Of a DNA stretch of 64,000 nt, positions 27,901 to 39,925 are shown one piece after another. The notes beneath the pieces were generated by a model. The model saw nothing but the letters and a program-made list of their open reading frames with translations, was not told the origin of the DNA and searched no databases. This DNA is from Macrostomum lignano (taxonomy: Eukaryota). The translations under genes were made by a program, and so were the position numbers. Each line of letters opens with the position of its first letter. The first letter of the stretch is position 1. Location of the stretch: positions 154,998 through 218,997 of the forward strand of contig NIVC01003103.1 in NCBI GenBank assembly GCA_002269645.1, given 5' to 3'.

Positions 27901-28001
27901 TGAAGCTGGCTCACCTCATCGGTCTTCTGGTTCATGAGCAGCTGGATCTCCTCCAGCTCGGTGCGGGGCACCTCCTGCGCTGGCTGTTCCGGGGCGCTCA
28001 T
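21916..28001 (-). CDS. SNAP25: SNAP-25 (Qbc-SNARE), 7 coding exons, 208 aa
   Basis: Exons 27915-28001, 24712-24753, 24011-24059, 23348-23465, 23149-23271, 22177-22321, 21916-21978, all GT-AG and phase-compatible. Protein: ..TDE|[14 protein letters not shown]|[82 protein letters not shown]; palmitoylation Cys cluster present. Confidence 0.97.
22356..23112. repeat. 34-35-bp minisatellite filling the SNAP-25 intron 22322-23148
   Basis: CCCAGTGTACATTCTATCCAATCTCGGCCCTCTC units. Confidence 0.96.
24248..24433. repeat. 16-bp minisatellite GAGAGTCAGGGAGTGG in SNAP-25 intron 2
   Basis: About 11 copies. Confidence 0.94.
24892..25129. repeat. 38-39-bp CCAAT-containing minisatellite in SNAP-25 intron 1
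   Basis: GCTGCCAACCAATCACAGCAGGGTAGCTGGAGCTCAGA, about 6 copies. Confidence 0.94.
25261..25460. repeat. 21-bp minisatellite AGCAGCCACTCTCAACTATCA
   Basis: About 9 perfect copies. Confidence 0.95.
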
Positions 28002-30284
28002 GCTGTCTGGAAGGTGCAGAATTGGGGGTTGGCCTCGAGTGCTCAGAGAAATTGCTGAATGCTGCCGGTGCTGCATAAAACTGTAGGATAAGAAAGAGCA
28101 TTCGGGAACACTGCGTGCTACTGCCTTATTATATACGAGCCCATGAGTATCGGCTGGCTAATAAAATCATACAGCAGTATTGGCAGACGGCCCCGGGGAG
28201 ACCCGGCCTCAGCTTAGAGACTGGGGCGAATCCGCGTCCCCCCCCGGACCCTACCAGCCTCCTCCCCAGTACTGGCCGCCCGCTCCCCAGACGAGCGCCG
28301 AGCTCATGAAATCCAGGGATTAAGTATTGGTTTGCTCAGCTCCTGACGGGGCTGAATTAGATTAACGGGCGGGATTTTGCTGACTGAGGTTGGGGTGGAT
28401 CAGATCGGCACAGGGAAGTCCGCAGTGGCTGCAGCTTCAAGCAGGTTCAGATCATTCATCTCTCACTGTGTTTGACTGAGATTTTAACTGGATAAACATG
28501 ACCGTTTTGCGGCTGACTTTTAAAAATTAATGTTGAGCCTCAAGGAGATTTCATGCGAAAACCGGAGTCGTAACCAATGGCAACAAAAATTAGGCAAAAA
28601 TGCCTAAGTATTCGTAATTAGGCATCAGAGATTGAAAGGGTGGAAAAATTGAGATCTCATTTCTTGTCCAAGACAAACTATAGCTTCAATTTCATTCAAA
28701 CGTTAATAATGTGCACAAGAAATATAAAGTAAATATATGCTTTCATTGAAGAGAAATTCAATCATTCAGGCAAAAAATCAATGTTAAACTACAAAGCAGC
28801 ATTCGACAGAAAAATCTACCTAAATTTTGAAAAATTGTGCTCCTGCAAGCTAAATCACAAACGGACCATGTCAGTAATAAATCAGATGCATACAATAATT
28901 ATGCAATAACTGGTTTATTTTAATATTCTATTCGAATTTCAATTTCAAGAATCCAAGATCTGTTATAAAAAATAGAACACAATACAGATAATTAAAAATC
29001 TTTAATATGGCTTTAAATTGAATTTAATGATTTACAGCCATGTAAACAGCAATGCATATTAAAAAGTGTCTATTTTATTGTCAATTTCTCTATTTTTAAT
29101 GTTCCCCCAATTTACATAATAATACAAGATGTTATTGTTGATGAGCAGACTAAGCTAAGTATATAACTGGCAAAATAATTGACTCTAGACCAAACAAACA
29201 ATAGAGAACTTTTGTAAGCATATATTTTAGTTATAACTTGAGCAAAGGTTAACTAAAAATAATCGATTTTTTTTGCCTCTGCATTTCTTTCTTTGAACCT
29301 GTGATTAAAGCAATACAAAGCTACATTGTATAGCACATATCTGCATGTTTTATCTTATTTAGCTAGTGTGATCATCTTATCTTATGATATTTGTGTAGTA
29401 GTTAATTTTATTCATTCTTGTCATTTAATATTTAAGCTGTATATTTAGAGGCTAAAAAGACCCTTAAAAATTAATTTAATGCTATGCAAAAGGCCAAATC
29501 ATGAGCTTTCATAATTTTATGTTTGTGTTTACCTTTTAATTAGTTTTGTTGCCTGTCAGATATAAATCGATAAAAGATAGTTCACGAGCTTTTTGCGTCA
29601 AACGGGAGCTATCAAGAATCTGAGTAGAAGTTCAGTTATTATTTATACAGTACGAAGTAAAAAGAATGAGTTGCGTTGCGCGCTTTCCAGTCGAAAAATG
29701 AATTTGATTTTATGAATTTAGTATTCCCGATAAATATTTGCTCCTTTTCTTAAGGCTTATTCAAAGAAATAAAGACATAGAATACAATAAAACTCAAAGT
29801 TTTTGCTTTCTATTTTTTAACTTTTAGAAACTTTTCGGTTTCAAAAGATTTTGTTATACCTCATCAAACGATTAGCGAGTATTTTCGGTATTAATAATAA
29901 AAACATTCTTGGTTCAAATGAATCGAGTAATACATATCACTCAGCTACACTTTGCTGTTTAAGTGAAGCGAAAAAAATGAATTGGATACTCGTGTAACTT
30001 GGTCTTTATTAAAATTTCAAAACTTTTCATAGTGAACGTCGTCAGCACAGCACGCGATAAGAGAAACAGTGAAAATAATTAAACAATAGTTTGCTTGCCT
30101 AACAGAATTATTTTTATGTACGTTAAGTTTAAATAAAAGCTTTGTTCCACACAAAACTGGTTTATGCCACTTGTACATTTACAACGTAAGGGCAACTGAG
30201 TTAACAAGGCGAGCGGAGATCATTAATAAAGGGAGCTAAAAAGCAACCAATGCACTACCGTATATTCTCAAGAATTCACATCTT

Positions 30285-31176
30285 CTAATAGTCCGGGGTG
30301 CGCCACACTAGGACCGCAAACCGGCCAACAAAGCAGTGCAGCATGCGACCGACCTCGTGCGTACAGAACGAGCCGTACTGGAAGCGGCCAACGATGGCGT
30401 GCCAGGCCCGCCCGTCCAGATCATCCAGCCCGGCCTTGATGTGCTTGGCGATGTCCTTCTCCAGGCTGTAGACGGCCTGGCCTTCTCGAGCCAGTCGGAC
30501 AATAGTGCGCATCAGGTCCTCCGGCAGCTGATCGTCCACGGCCAAGATTTGAACATTGTCCAGACTGTCGTCAATTTCGCCATCGTTGCCGCTGGATTGA
30601 ACCGCGTATTGGTCGGCTTCATCGACTCCTGTGCCTGGAGGCCCGGCGTTCACTCGGCGGGTCTCCACTTTCTCTCTGTGTGCAGCAGGGTTCGTTGCTT
30701 GCTGCTACTTTATGGACGACACTCCTCCGCCCACCTCACTCCATTCAATCTCTTCCCCAAGCGACGCTTTCATTGCATGACACAAGTGCCAACGCATGTA
30801 CATGTAAGTACCTCTTCATATCCCTATTCCTATACTATGAATGCAATATCTATTTCAACTGAGTTGCATACAACGGCAGCCTCACATGTAGTCAGTGTTG
30901 GGCGTGAGTCCTAAGGTCTCGCAGTACTCCTCAACCGTGATTGTGCCGCTGTTGTCGGCGTCGAACAGGTCCAGCCATTTCTAGCAAAAGGCGACAAAGG
31001 TTCAGTTGAACGGGTTGCACTTTTCGAGCTTTGGCAACCAAGATGAACAGTAAACTCACCTGAATGAACCGATCGTCAAACTCCTGCTTTTTGCAATACT
31101 CCTCCAGCTCCTGTTTGGTGATCTCACCGCTGAAGTCGGTGTCGATTGCCTCGAACGCTTTGAGAAAATCAGCCAT
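30285..31176 (-). CDS. Tegument-allergen-like (TAL) protein: two EF-hands plus C-terminal dynein light chain-like domain, 3 exons, 200 aa
   Basis: Exons 31060-31176, 30886-30980, 30285-30675 (GT-AG, phases 0 and 2). EF loops DTDFSGEITKQE and DADNSGTITVEE; DLC-like EKDIAKHIKAGLD..WHAIVGR..YGSFCTHE..F..VLVWRT. Confidence 0.92.
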
Positions 31177-31799
31177 GTTGAAAGCTGCTGAGCAGAAGAG
31201 CAGAACAGATCAGTTCCTATGCGCTTGTCCTTGCAGAGCCGTGAGCGGACACTGAAATGCGGCGGCACAGCTGCCCAGGCGCGTGGGCAGGGGCTAGCTG
31301 CCACCAATGGGCCGGGCGGGCCCGCCGCAGGGGGGCAGCGGAGGGGGGCGGGCGCGCAGACACTCGGCTCGTCAGTCCATTCTCATGACTCGTCTCACCG
31401 AGCCTCGCCCTACTGAACATTTTTATTGTTACCTGAGTGCAGCGCTCGCGAGGACAGACAGGGCTGGGGAATGCGACTCGTTCTCACACTTTTATTGAGT
31501 GCAGCGCAGAAGCGAAACTCGATGATGGTCACAGATGCCGACTCACTGTGTGTGTTGTGAATACAGCTTTGCTCTGCATGGCTGGATGGTGCGATGTCTT
31601 GAGCCTGAGGCTAGTTGAGCAGAAACTAAAAAAACTGCTGTGTTATTTGAAGGCAGATTTCCTTACCAGGTTACTTTGGAAAACAACAGGAACTTGAGAA
31701 GTTGTCCATCGTGAAGTTCGTATTTTAGAAATTAAACAGCGAGCTTAAATCTCCAGGGGATTCGATATTTACATGATTGACATAAAAATAATAACAACA

Positions 31800-32049
31800 A
31801 TTGATTACACCTTGCCCTAATTGGCAGATGTGCAACCAACAACTGAAGGTACGGCTGTTCAGTTCAAGGACCGGGGTCGCCACACACACCCTCAATTACT
31901 CCACACCCATTTTACCGCAATGGATAAACTGAAGCAATGCAGAATTAAGTGGCTGGCTCAAGGACACAAATTGTTCCGAGTTGGGTTGAGAATCGAACCC
32001 CTGACCTTTCAGTCGTGATTCCGACGCTCCAACTACTAGACTAAAACCC
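31800..32049 (-). mobile_element. tRNA-derived SINE copy
   Basis: Minus strand: A-box-like TAGTCTAGTAGTTGG, B-box GGTTCGATTC (+ 31990-31999), then TGTGTCCTTGAGCCAGCCACTTAATTCTGCATTGCTTCAG, typical of conserved SINE central domains. The 3' end is approximate. Confidence 0.7.
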
Positions 32050-32397
32050 AGCAGTTGACAGCTCTGAGTTCATCAGTTCTCCGTCACGAAGAACAGCTAG
32101 AAGAGTCTGAGAGAGAGCATTTTCATATGCCTCATTTTTGCTGGCATTCCTTGGATGGTCTGAATGACTTCCAGAGTTTCTGACAGATCAAAGCTCAGTA
32201 GAGCTGCTTGCGCTCAATGACGCTGCGCCCCCACCTTCTGGCGACTTGTTTGTCCAGCGCGGCGGAGTCGGCAGCAGCTCACGCGCCCGCACCCTGATGG
32301 CCCGCCAACTCGCGCAGTCATCAAAACAGACGAATCAGCGTCCCCACCCGCTGTGTTTGAAGAGCTCAGCTAAGCTACTCAAACAGCGCCCCAACTA

Positions 32398-32399
<2 letters not shown>

Positions 32400-32490
<91 letters not shown>
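32400..32490. repeat. (CT)n microsatellite
   Basis: About 45 CT units. Confidence 0.98.
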
Positions 32491-32494
<4 letters not shown>

Positions 32495-32897
32495 CTCCCA
32501 CGGGACAAACAAGAAACGCAAAAGAAGCTGCAGAAGAACTTGAAGAAGAGCTTTGAAGTGCAGCAGAGGGCGGCGGGGGCGCCTAAAAAACTTGAGTGGC
32601 ATAATTAGACCCGACAGAGGGGCCATGGGGGCCTTAATAAGCAAAGGCACGCCCAGCAGGCACTGCCGTACCAAATTCGCTTATTTCTACTGAAAGTAAG
32701 CTGCTGCGACAGCCAGAAAAATTGAATCTGCGCAGACAGCAGAGCGGAAATTAAACAAACCCCAAAAGCCATTGAAAATATTGCGTGAGACTCCGCCGCG
32801 AGGCGCCCAGGTGCTGAACAGAGCCGAGGCAGCAGAGGAGAGAGAATGAGCTCCATTGTGAGCGCAGCTGCACGGTCTATTCAAGACGCTACTCTGA

Positions 32898-32905
32898 TAT
32901 AAAAG
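32898..32905 (+). promoter_or_regulatory. TATA box upstream of the EXD1-like gene
   Basis: TATAAAAG about 65 nt upstream of ATG 32969. Confidence 0.5.
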
Positions 32906-32968
32906 GCACACAGCGCAAGCTTAGAAAAATTGCAAAAAGCAGTAGAGGGCCGGTCGGCTTCTCAAGTG

Positions 32969-34281
32969 ATGAGGCGCGCCAACTGCCCAGCTGCCGAAGA
33001 AGCCGAGGCCGCAGCGGCTGCAGCCACCGTCGTCGCCGTGCAGTCGTCGGCGGCTGCTTCCGAGGCTGTCAGGCGGGCGATGCTGGCCCAGGCCGGAGTC
33101 CGCCTGCTCGAGTCCCCGGCCGCCTGCGGGCACCTCGTCGACGCGCTCCTGTTGCTAGGCAACGGATTCGACACCGAGGATGACGAAGTTTGCAAAGCTG
33201 TCGGCGGCGACGGCGGAGGGCCGCCACTGCTGGCTGTCAGCTGCCGACGCGGCGGCCCGCCGAGGCACCCGCCGGTCCTCCTGGCCGTAGCGGTGAGTCG
33301 CGAGGGCGCCTCCGCCTCGGCCGCCGCTGCCGCGCCGACCTACCTGATCGACCTGGCCCGCCGGCCGCAGGTGCTGAGCCGCGGCGGCCTCGCCCGACTC
33401 TTCCAGTCCGCCGAGATCACGAAGGTCTTCCACTACGGAGCCGACGACGCCGCCGAGCTGTCGGACACTTTCGCTCTCGGCCGGTGGCGCCGAGTCTGCG
33501 ACGTCGGTCTGGGGTTCGAAACCCTTCTGGAGAGGAGCGGGCTGCCTCGGCGCCGGGTCAGCCTCAGGGCCCTGCTGCAGCTGACTGCGGCGGCGGCGGG
33601 CTCGGTTGCGTCGCCTGCCGTCGTGGAGGAGGACGCGGCGGGCCACGCCTACTGGCAGCGACGGCCCCTGACGCTCGACATGGCTACAGAGGCGGCCGCG
33701 GCGGCCAGGGCGGTGCTGACCGTCTACGGCATCGGCTGCCGGCTGGGAGCCGCCTGGGGGCCGCCTATGGCCGACCTGAGCGACTGCAGGTGAGCCGCTG
33801 AGTGCGTAGAAATGGGCCAAAATTAAATGGGTCAGGATGGGTCAAGTTTTTGGTGGTTCAGTGGGTCAGACTGAGGCATAGTGGGTCAGGGGTAGATCAT
33901 GCCGGTCATAGTGAGTCAGGGGTAGGTCATGCAGGTCATAGTGGGTCAGGGGTAGGTCATGCAGGTCATAGTGGGTCAGGGGTAGGTCATGCAGGTCATA
34001 GTGGGTCAGGGTAGGTCATGTAGGTCATAGTGGGTCAAGAAAGACGGCAAAGCCAGTCGATTTTCTCCCATTTCAGACGGCAGGCGGCGGCGACCCGACG
34101 CGATGAGGCATCAACGAAATCAAAAAAGAAGCTGGCTGGGAAGGCGATGAAGCAGCAGATGGCGGAGCCGACGCCGCCGCTGCTGCTGCAGCTGATGGCG
34201 GCGGAGTGCGGCGGGGCTGCCGCGGTGGCGGCCGACTGCCAGCCGGTGGCGAGGAAGCTGCCGTTTGGCATTCTGAAATGA
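32969..34281 (+). CDS. EXD1/Egalitarian-like DnaQ 3'-5' exonuclease-fold protein, catalytic residues degenerate; 2 exons
   Basis: Exons 32969-33789 and 34077-34281 (AG|GTGAGC..TTTCAG|A, phase 2, in frame). Fold motifs YLIDL, LFQSAEITKVFH, VCDV, VSLRALL, YWQRRPLTLDM. Confidence 0.7.
33880..34032. repeat. 30-bp repeat GGGTCAGGGGTAGGTCATGCAGGTCATAGT in the EXD1-like intron
   Basis: About 5 copies. Confidence 0.9.
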
Positions 34282-34370
34282 CTGACACCCCCCCCCCTGC
34301 TGAGCGCGCTCACCTTGCTTGCATTGCTTCGGTTGGTGAAGATGAGACCAACCAGATCCTGAGGGTCGAA

Positions 34371-35519
34371 ATGGGTCAGGGTTGCTGAGGATGGGTCAGA
34401 GTTGCTGAGGATGGGTCAGGGCTGCTGAGGATGGGTCAGAGTTGCTGAGGATGGGTCAGGGCTGCTGAGGATGGGTCAGGGTTACTGAGGATGGGTCAGG
34501 GCTGCTGAGGATGGGTCAGGGCTGCTGAGGATGGGTCAGAGTTGCTGAGGATGGGTCAGGGTTGTTGAGGATGGGTCAGAGTTGCTGAGGATGGGTCAGG
34601 GCTGCTGAGGATGGGTCAGAGTTGTTGAGGATGGGTCAGGGTTGTTGAGGATGGGTCAGAGTTGCTGAGGATGGGTCAGAGTTGTTGAGGATGGGTCAGA
34701 GTTGCTGAGGATGGGTCAGGGTTGCTGAGGATGGGTCAGGGCTTCTGAGGATGGGTCAGAGTTGCTGAGGATGGGTCAGGGTTGCTGAGGATGGGTCAGA
34801 GTTGCTGAGGATGGGTCAGAGTTGCTGAGGATGGGTCAGGGCTGCTGAGGATGGGTCAGAGTTGTTGAGGATGGGTCAGGGTTGTTGAGGATGGGTCAGA
34901 GTTTCTGAGGATGGGTCAGGGTTGTTGAGGATGGGTCAGGGTTGCTGAGGATGGGTCAGAGTTGCTGAGGATGGGTCAGAGTTGCTGAGGATGGGTCAGG
35001 GTTGCTGAGGATGGGTCAGGGCTTCTGAGGATGGGTCAGAGTTGCTGAAGATGGGTCAGGGTTGTTGAGGATGGGTCAGAGTTGCTGAGGATGGGTCAGG
35101 GCTGCTGAGGATGGGTCAGAGTTGCTGAGGATGGGTCAGGGCTGCTGAGGATGGGTCAGAGTTGCTGAGGATGGGTCAGGGTTGTTGAGGATGGGTCAGA
35201 GTTGCTGAGGATGGGTCAGGGTTGTTAAGGATGGGTCAGAGTTGCTGAGGATGGGTCAGGGCTGCTGAGGATGGGTCTGAGTTGCTGAGGATGGGTCAGG
35301 GTTGTTGAGGATGGGTCAGAGTTGCTGAGGATGGGTCAGAGTTGCTGAGGATGGGTCAGGGTTGTTGAGGATGGGTCAGGGTTGTTGAGGATGGGTCAGG
35401 GTTGCTGAGGATGGGTCAGAGTTGCTGAGGATGGGTCAGAGTTGCTGAGGATGGGTCAGGGTTGCTGAGGATGGGTCAGGGTTGCTGAGGATGGGTCAGG
35501 GTTGCTCAGGATGGGTCAG
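34371..35519. repeat. 20-bp minisatellite GTTGCTGAGGATGGGTCAG(G/A)
   Basis: About 57 copies. Confidence 0.97.
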
Positions 35520-36185
35520 TTCTTTACCGTGGGTCAGTGCGGTCAAGAGGACACAGAATGAGAGTGGTATTTCAAAGAGGTGCTGGCTGAAGGGCTGAGG
35601 AGCTGAGCTGCAGTTTGAGGAACAAAAAGATTGAATAATTTTCATTGATAAATATATTTTACGAATTATTGAGTTTTCTTCCGAAATTGAGATGCTGACT
35701 TTACACGCAGACCACTCTTCACAGTGGCGCACAAGAAACTCAGTGACGCTGTGCACTTGTTTTCTCCGGACTGTCAGACCGTCAAAATGACCAGAGACTA
35801 GTTTTCGTTTAGCTTCACTCAGTGCTGAAATGAGCATCTGAAGGCCGACCTACAAGGTACACATGCGCTTGTTATGTCGGGCTTCAGATTTGTGTGTTAA
35901 ATGTTGTTATGTGGGAAAATGTGGGTGGTGTATGCTGTGGCTGCATGCAGTGCGTGTACTTTCCACCGACGTGCTCGGTTGGTGCGCAGCTCAGCGCAGG
36001 CCATGCAGGGAGTCACGCGCTAGACGGTCCCTCCGCCTGGGCAGACTGGCGGGGTCTCACGCCGATAATCCCGGCAGGCCCCACGCCCGCAGCTCGGCAT
36101 AAAAGTGCAGCTGTTTAGCCAAACCAGCCATGCGAGCGCCCGACAAGCTGGACTTGATCCTTCCCGAGCTCAAGCGATTGCAGAA

Positions 36186-38587
36186 ATGCCCCGACTGCCG
36201 ACTGCCGCCGCCTTCGGACTGCTGCTGCTCCTGCTGGGACCGCGGCTGCAGGCTGCCGGTGAGTCTGGCCTGACTCTCGGCTCCGGCTCTGACTCCCGCT
36301 GACAGAGCAGAGTAGGAACTTTAGCAGTGTCAGGGCAGTGAGTGTCAGGGCAGTGAGTGTCAGGGCTGTGAGTGTCAGGGCAGAGTGTCAGGGCAGTGAG
36401 TGTCAGGGCAGTGAGTGTCAGGGCAGTGAGTGTCAGGGCAGTGAGTGTCAGGGCAGTGAGTGTCAGGGCAGTGAGTGTCAGGGCAGTGAGTGTCAGGGCA
36501 GTGAGTGTCAGGGCAGAGTGTCAGGGCAGTGAGTGTCAGGGCAGTGAGTGTCAGGGCAGTGAGTGTCAGGGCAGTGAGTGTCAGGGCAGTGAGTGTCAGG
36601 GCAGTGAGTGTCAGGGCAGAGTGTCAGGGCAGTGAGTGTCAGGGCAGTGAGTGTCAGGGCAGTGAGTGTCAGGGCAGTGAGTGTCAGGGCAGTGAGTGTC
36701 AGGGCAGTGAGTATCAGGGCAGTGAGTGTCAGGGCAGAGTGTCAGGGCAGTGAGTGTCAGGGCAGTGAGTGTCAGGGCAGTGAGTGTCAGGGCAGTGAGT
36801 GTCAGAGCAGTGAGTGTCAGGGCAGTGAGTGTCAGGGCAGTGAGTGTCAGGGCAGTGAGTGTCAGGGCAGTGAGTGTCAGGGCAGTGAGTGTCAGGGCAG
36901 AGTGTCAGGGCAGTGAGTATCAGGGCAGAGTGTCAGGGCAGAGTGTCAGGGCAGTGAGTGTCAGGGCAGTGAGTATCAGGGCAGTGAGTATCAGGGCAGT
37001 GAGTATCAGGGCAGCGAGTGTCAGGGCAGAGTGTCAGGGCAGCGAGTGTCAGGGCAGTGAGTATCAGGGCAGTGAGTGTCAGGGCAGTGAGTATCAGGGC
37101 AGTGAGTGTCAGGGCAGTGAGTATCAGGGCAGTGAGTATCAGGGCAGTGAGTGTCAGGGCAGTGAGTATCAGGTCAGTGAGTGTCAGGGCAGTGCGACGG
37201 TACACCCAGGGGTCAGTGGCAAGGAATCGCCCAGTTCCATCCGACTCGCCCAGCCCTGCACGGCGCCCGCAGCCTCCCAGTCCTCGGAAGACGCCACAGC
37301 GGCGGTGAACCTGGCCGCCGACTACATCCTGCGCACCGACCTGTTCAAGGCGCTCGCCGAGGTTGACTTGCCGGCCGAGATCAGCCTCCCTGGCTTCATC
37401 AAGATCGTCAACCTGCACGTGGCCGGCCTGGACAATGTCAGCCGCAGCTGCAGCCTGCAGCTGAAGCCGCTGGGCGGCAGCCTGGCTGAGGCCAAGACCT
37501 GCGTGCACATCCGCAGCGTGCGGGGCGCCTTCCAGGTGCGCTCAGGTGCCGCACAGTCTCCATTCCCCAATGTGCCGCACTGAATACCCCACAATTCCCC
37601 AATGTGTCGCACTGAATACCCCACAATTCCCCCATGTGCCGCACTGAATACCCCACAATTCCCCCAGAGCGCCACACTGAATACCCCACAATTCTTCCAG
37701 AGTGCCACACTGAATACCCCACAATTCCCCCAAAGCGCCACACTGAATACCCCACAATTCCCCAATGTGCCGTACTGAATACCCCACAATTCCCCCAGAG
37801 TGCCACACTGAATACCCCACAATTCTTCCAGAGTGCCACACTGAATACCCCACAATTCCCCCAAAGCGCCACACTGAATACCCCACAATTCCCCAATGTG
37901 CCGCACTGAATACCCACAATTCCCCCAGAGTGCCACACTGAATACCCCACAATTCCTCCAGAGCGCCACACTGAATACCCCACAATTCCCCCAGAGCGCC
38001 ACACTGAATACCCCACAATTCTTCCAGAGCGCCACACTGAATACCCCACAATTCCCACAGAGCGCCACACTGAATACCCCACAATTCCCCCAGAGTGCCA
38101 CACTGAATACCCCACAATTCCCCCAGAGTGCCACACTGAATACCCCACAATTCCTCCAGAGCGCCACACTGAATACCCCAAAATTCCTCCAGAGCGCCAC
38201 ACTGAATACCCCACAATTCCCCCAAAGCGCCACACTGAATACCCCACAATTCCTCCAGAGCGCCACACTGAATACCCCACAATTGCCTCAATGCAATTTC
38301 AGGTGAAGCTGCTGGGCCAGCCGCTCGTGTTCGTCAAAATCCACATCGCGGACTTCCGCGCCCGCGTGACGCTGCAAGCAGACCTCAGCCCTGGCGGCGC
38401 AATCAGCCTGAACTACTTCGACGCCTGGCTGAGCCCCATCCAGGTGACAAACAACGGGCTGGTGGGCGACCTGGTGTCCAAGGCACTGCAGGTCGAGGCC
38501 GTCAGGGAGCAGATCCGCCTGACCGTGGCCGACCAGCTCGGACGGAAAATCCGGGAAGCCCTGAAGTCCGTGGCGCTGCCCGCCTGA
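36186..38587 (+). CDS. Secreted ~228-aa protein, probable TULIP fold (Der p 7/Grp7-allergen, JHBP/BPI-like); 3 exons
   Basis: Exons 36186-36258 (signal peptide, G|GTGAGT), 37210-37535 (acceptor weak; CAG|GTGCGC donor), 38303-38587 (TTTCAG|). Helix, then NLHVAGLDNVSRSC, amphipathic beta strands and C-terminal helix. Family call is by pattern only. Confidence 0.6.
36327..37193. repeat. 15/11-bp minisatellite GTCAGGGCAGTGAGT in intron 1
   Basis: Explains the SVRAV/ECQGS ORFs. Confidence 0.96.
37563..38284. repeat. 32-33-bp minisatellite CCCCACAATTCCCCCAGAGTGCCACACTGAATA in intron 2
   Basis: About 22 copies. Confidence 0.96.
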
Positions 38588-38864
38588 GGCCTCCTCAGCT
38601 CCCCGGTAGAGCCTGGCAGGCGCAGGTCAATGCAGGATTGCCAGTGCAGTCAGCTGCAGCGAAGGCCTTTCAGAAACTTTCATTTTGAAATCGATTTAAA
38701 TCACAGAGTGTCTCCGCCTTCACATTTGGCTGCGCGTTTAAAAATAGTCAAACCGGGCAAAATGCTTCACTAACTAATCTGGACTTCCTGACGCCCCCCC
38801 TGAAGGCACTTTTGCAGGCCGATACTACAGGATGAAAATAAATAGGCATATACATGTAGAGGGC

Positions 38865-38947
<83 letters not shown>

Positions 38948-39074
38948 GGTAGATAGATAGCTAGATAGATGGATAGATAGGGTAGATAGATAGATAGGTA
39001 GATAGATAGATAGGGTTAGGGTAGATAGATAGATAGATAGGGTAGATAGATAGATAGATGATAGATAGATAGGG

Positions 39075-39161
<87 letters not shown>

Positions 39162-39254
39162 GGTTAGGGTAGATAGATGGATAGATAGGGTAGATAGATA
39201 GATAGATGATAGATAGATAGGGTAGATAGATAGATAGATGATAGATAGATAGGG

Positions 39255-39297
<43 letters not shown>

Positions 39298-39650
39298 GGT
39301 TAGGGTAGATAGATGGATAGATAGGGTAGATAGATAGATAGATAGATAGATAGGGTTAGGGTAGATAGATGGATAGATAGGGTAGATAGATAGATAGATG
39401 ATAGATAGATAGGGTTAGGGTAGATAGATAGATAGGGTAGATAGATAGATAGATAGATGATAGATAGATAGGGTTAGGGTAGATAGATAGATAGGGTAGA
39501 TAGATAGATAGATGATAGATAGATAGGGTAGATAGATAGATAGATGATAGATGATAGATAGATAGATAGATGGATAGATAGATAGATAGATGATAGATAG
39601 ATAGATAGATAGACAGATAGATAGATAGATAGATAGATGGATAGATAGGG

Positions 39651-39697
<47 letters not shown>

Positions 39698-39884
39698 GGT
39701 TAGGGCAGATAGATAGATAGATAGGGTAGATAGATAGATAGATAGATGATAGATAGATAGGGTAGATAGATAGATAGATAGATGATAGATAGATAGGGTA
39801 GATAGATAGATAGATAGATGATAGATAGATAGGGTAGATAGATAGGTAGATGATAGATAGATGATAGATGATAGATAGATAGAT

Positions 39885-39925
<41 letters not shown>

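Noticed and set aside
28400-30280. AT-rich 1.9-kb block as a transposon or horizontal insert
   Set aside because: No ORF, terminal repeats or target-site duplication seen; consistent with ordinary intergenic/UTR DNA.
27996-31200. SL-donated AUG for SNAP-25 or TAL
   Set aside because: Both have their own ATG and their acceptors are out of frame with it; TAL has a plausible cis donor near 31432.
32046-32360. Possible minus-strand exons (..NEAYENALSQTLLAVLRDGELMNSELSTAGF*) with a 55-nt GT-AG intron
   Set aside because: No frame stays open through the upstream segment, so no coherent CDS could be built.
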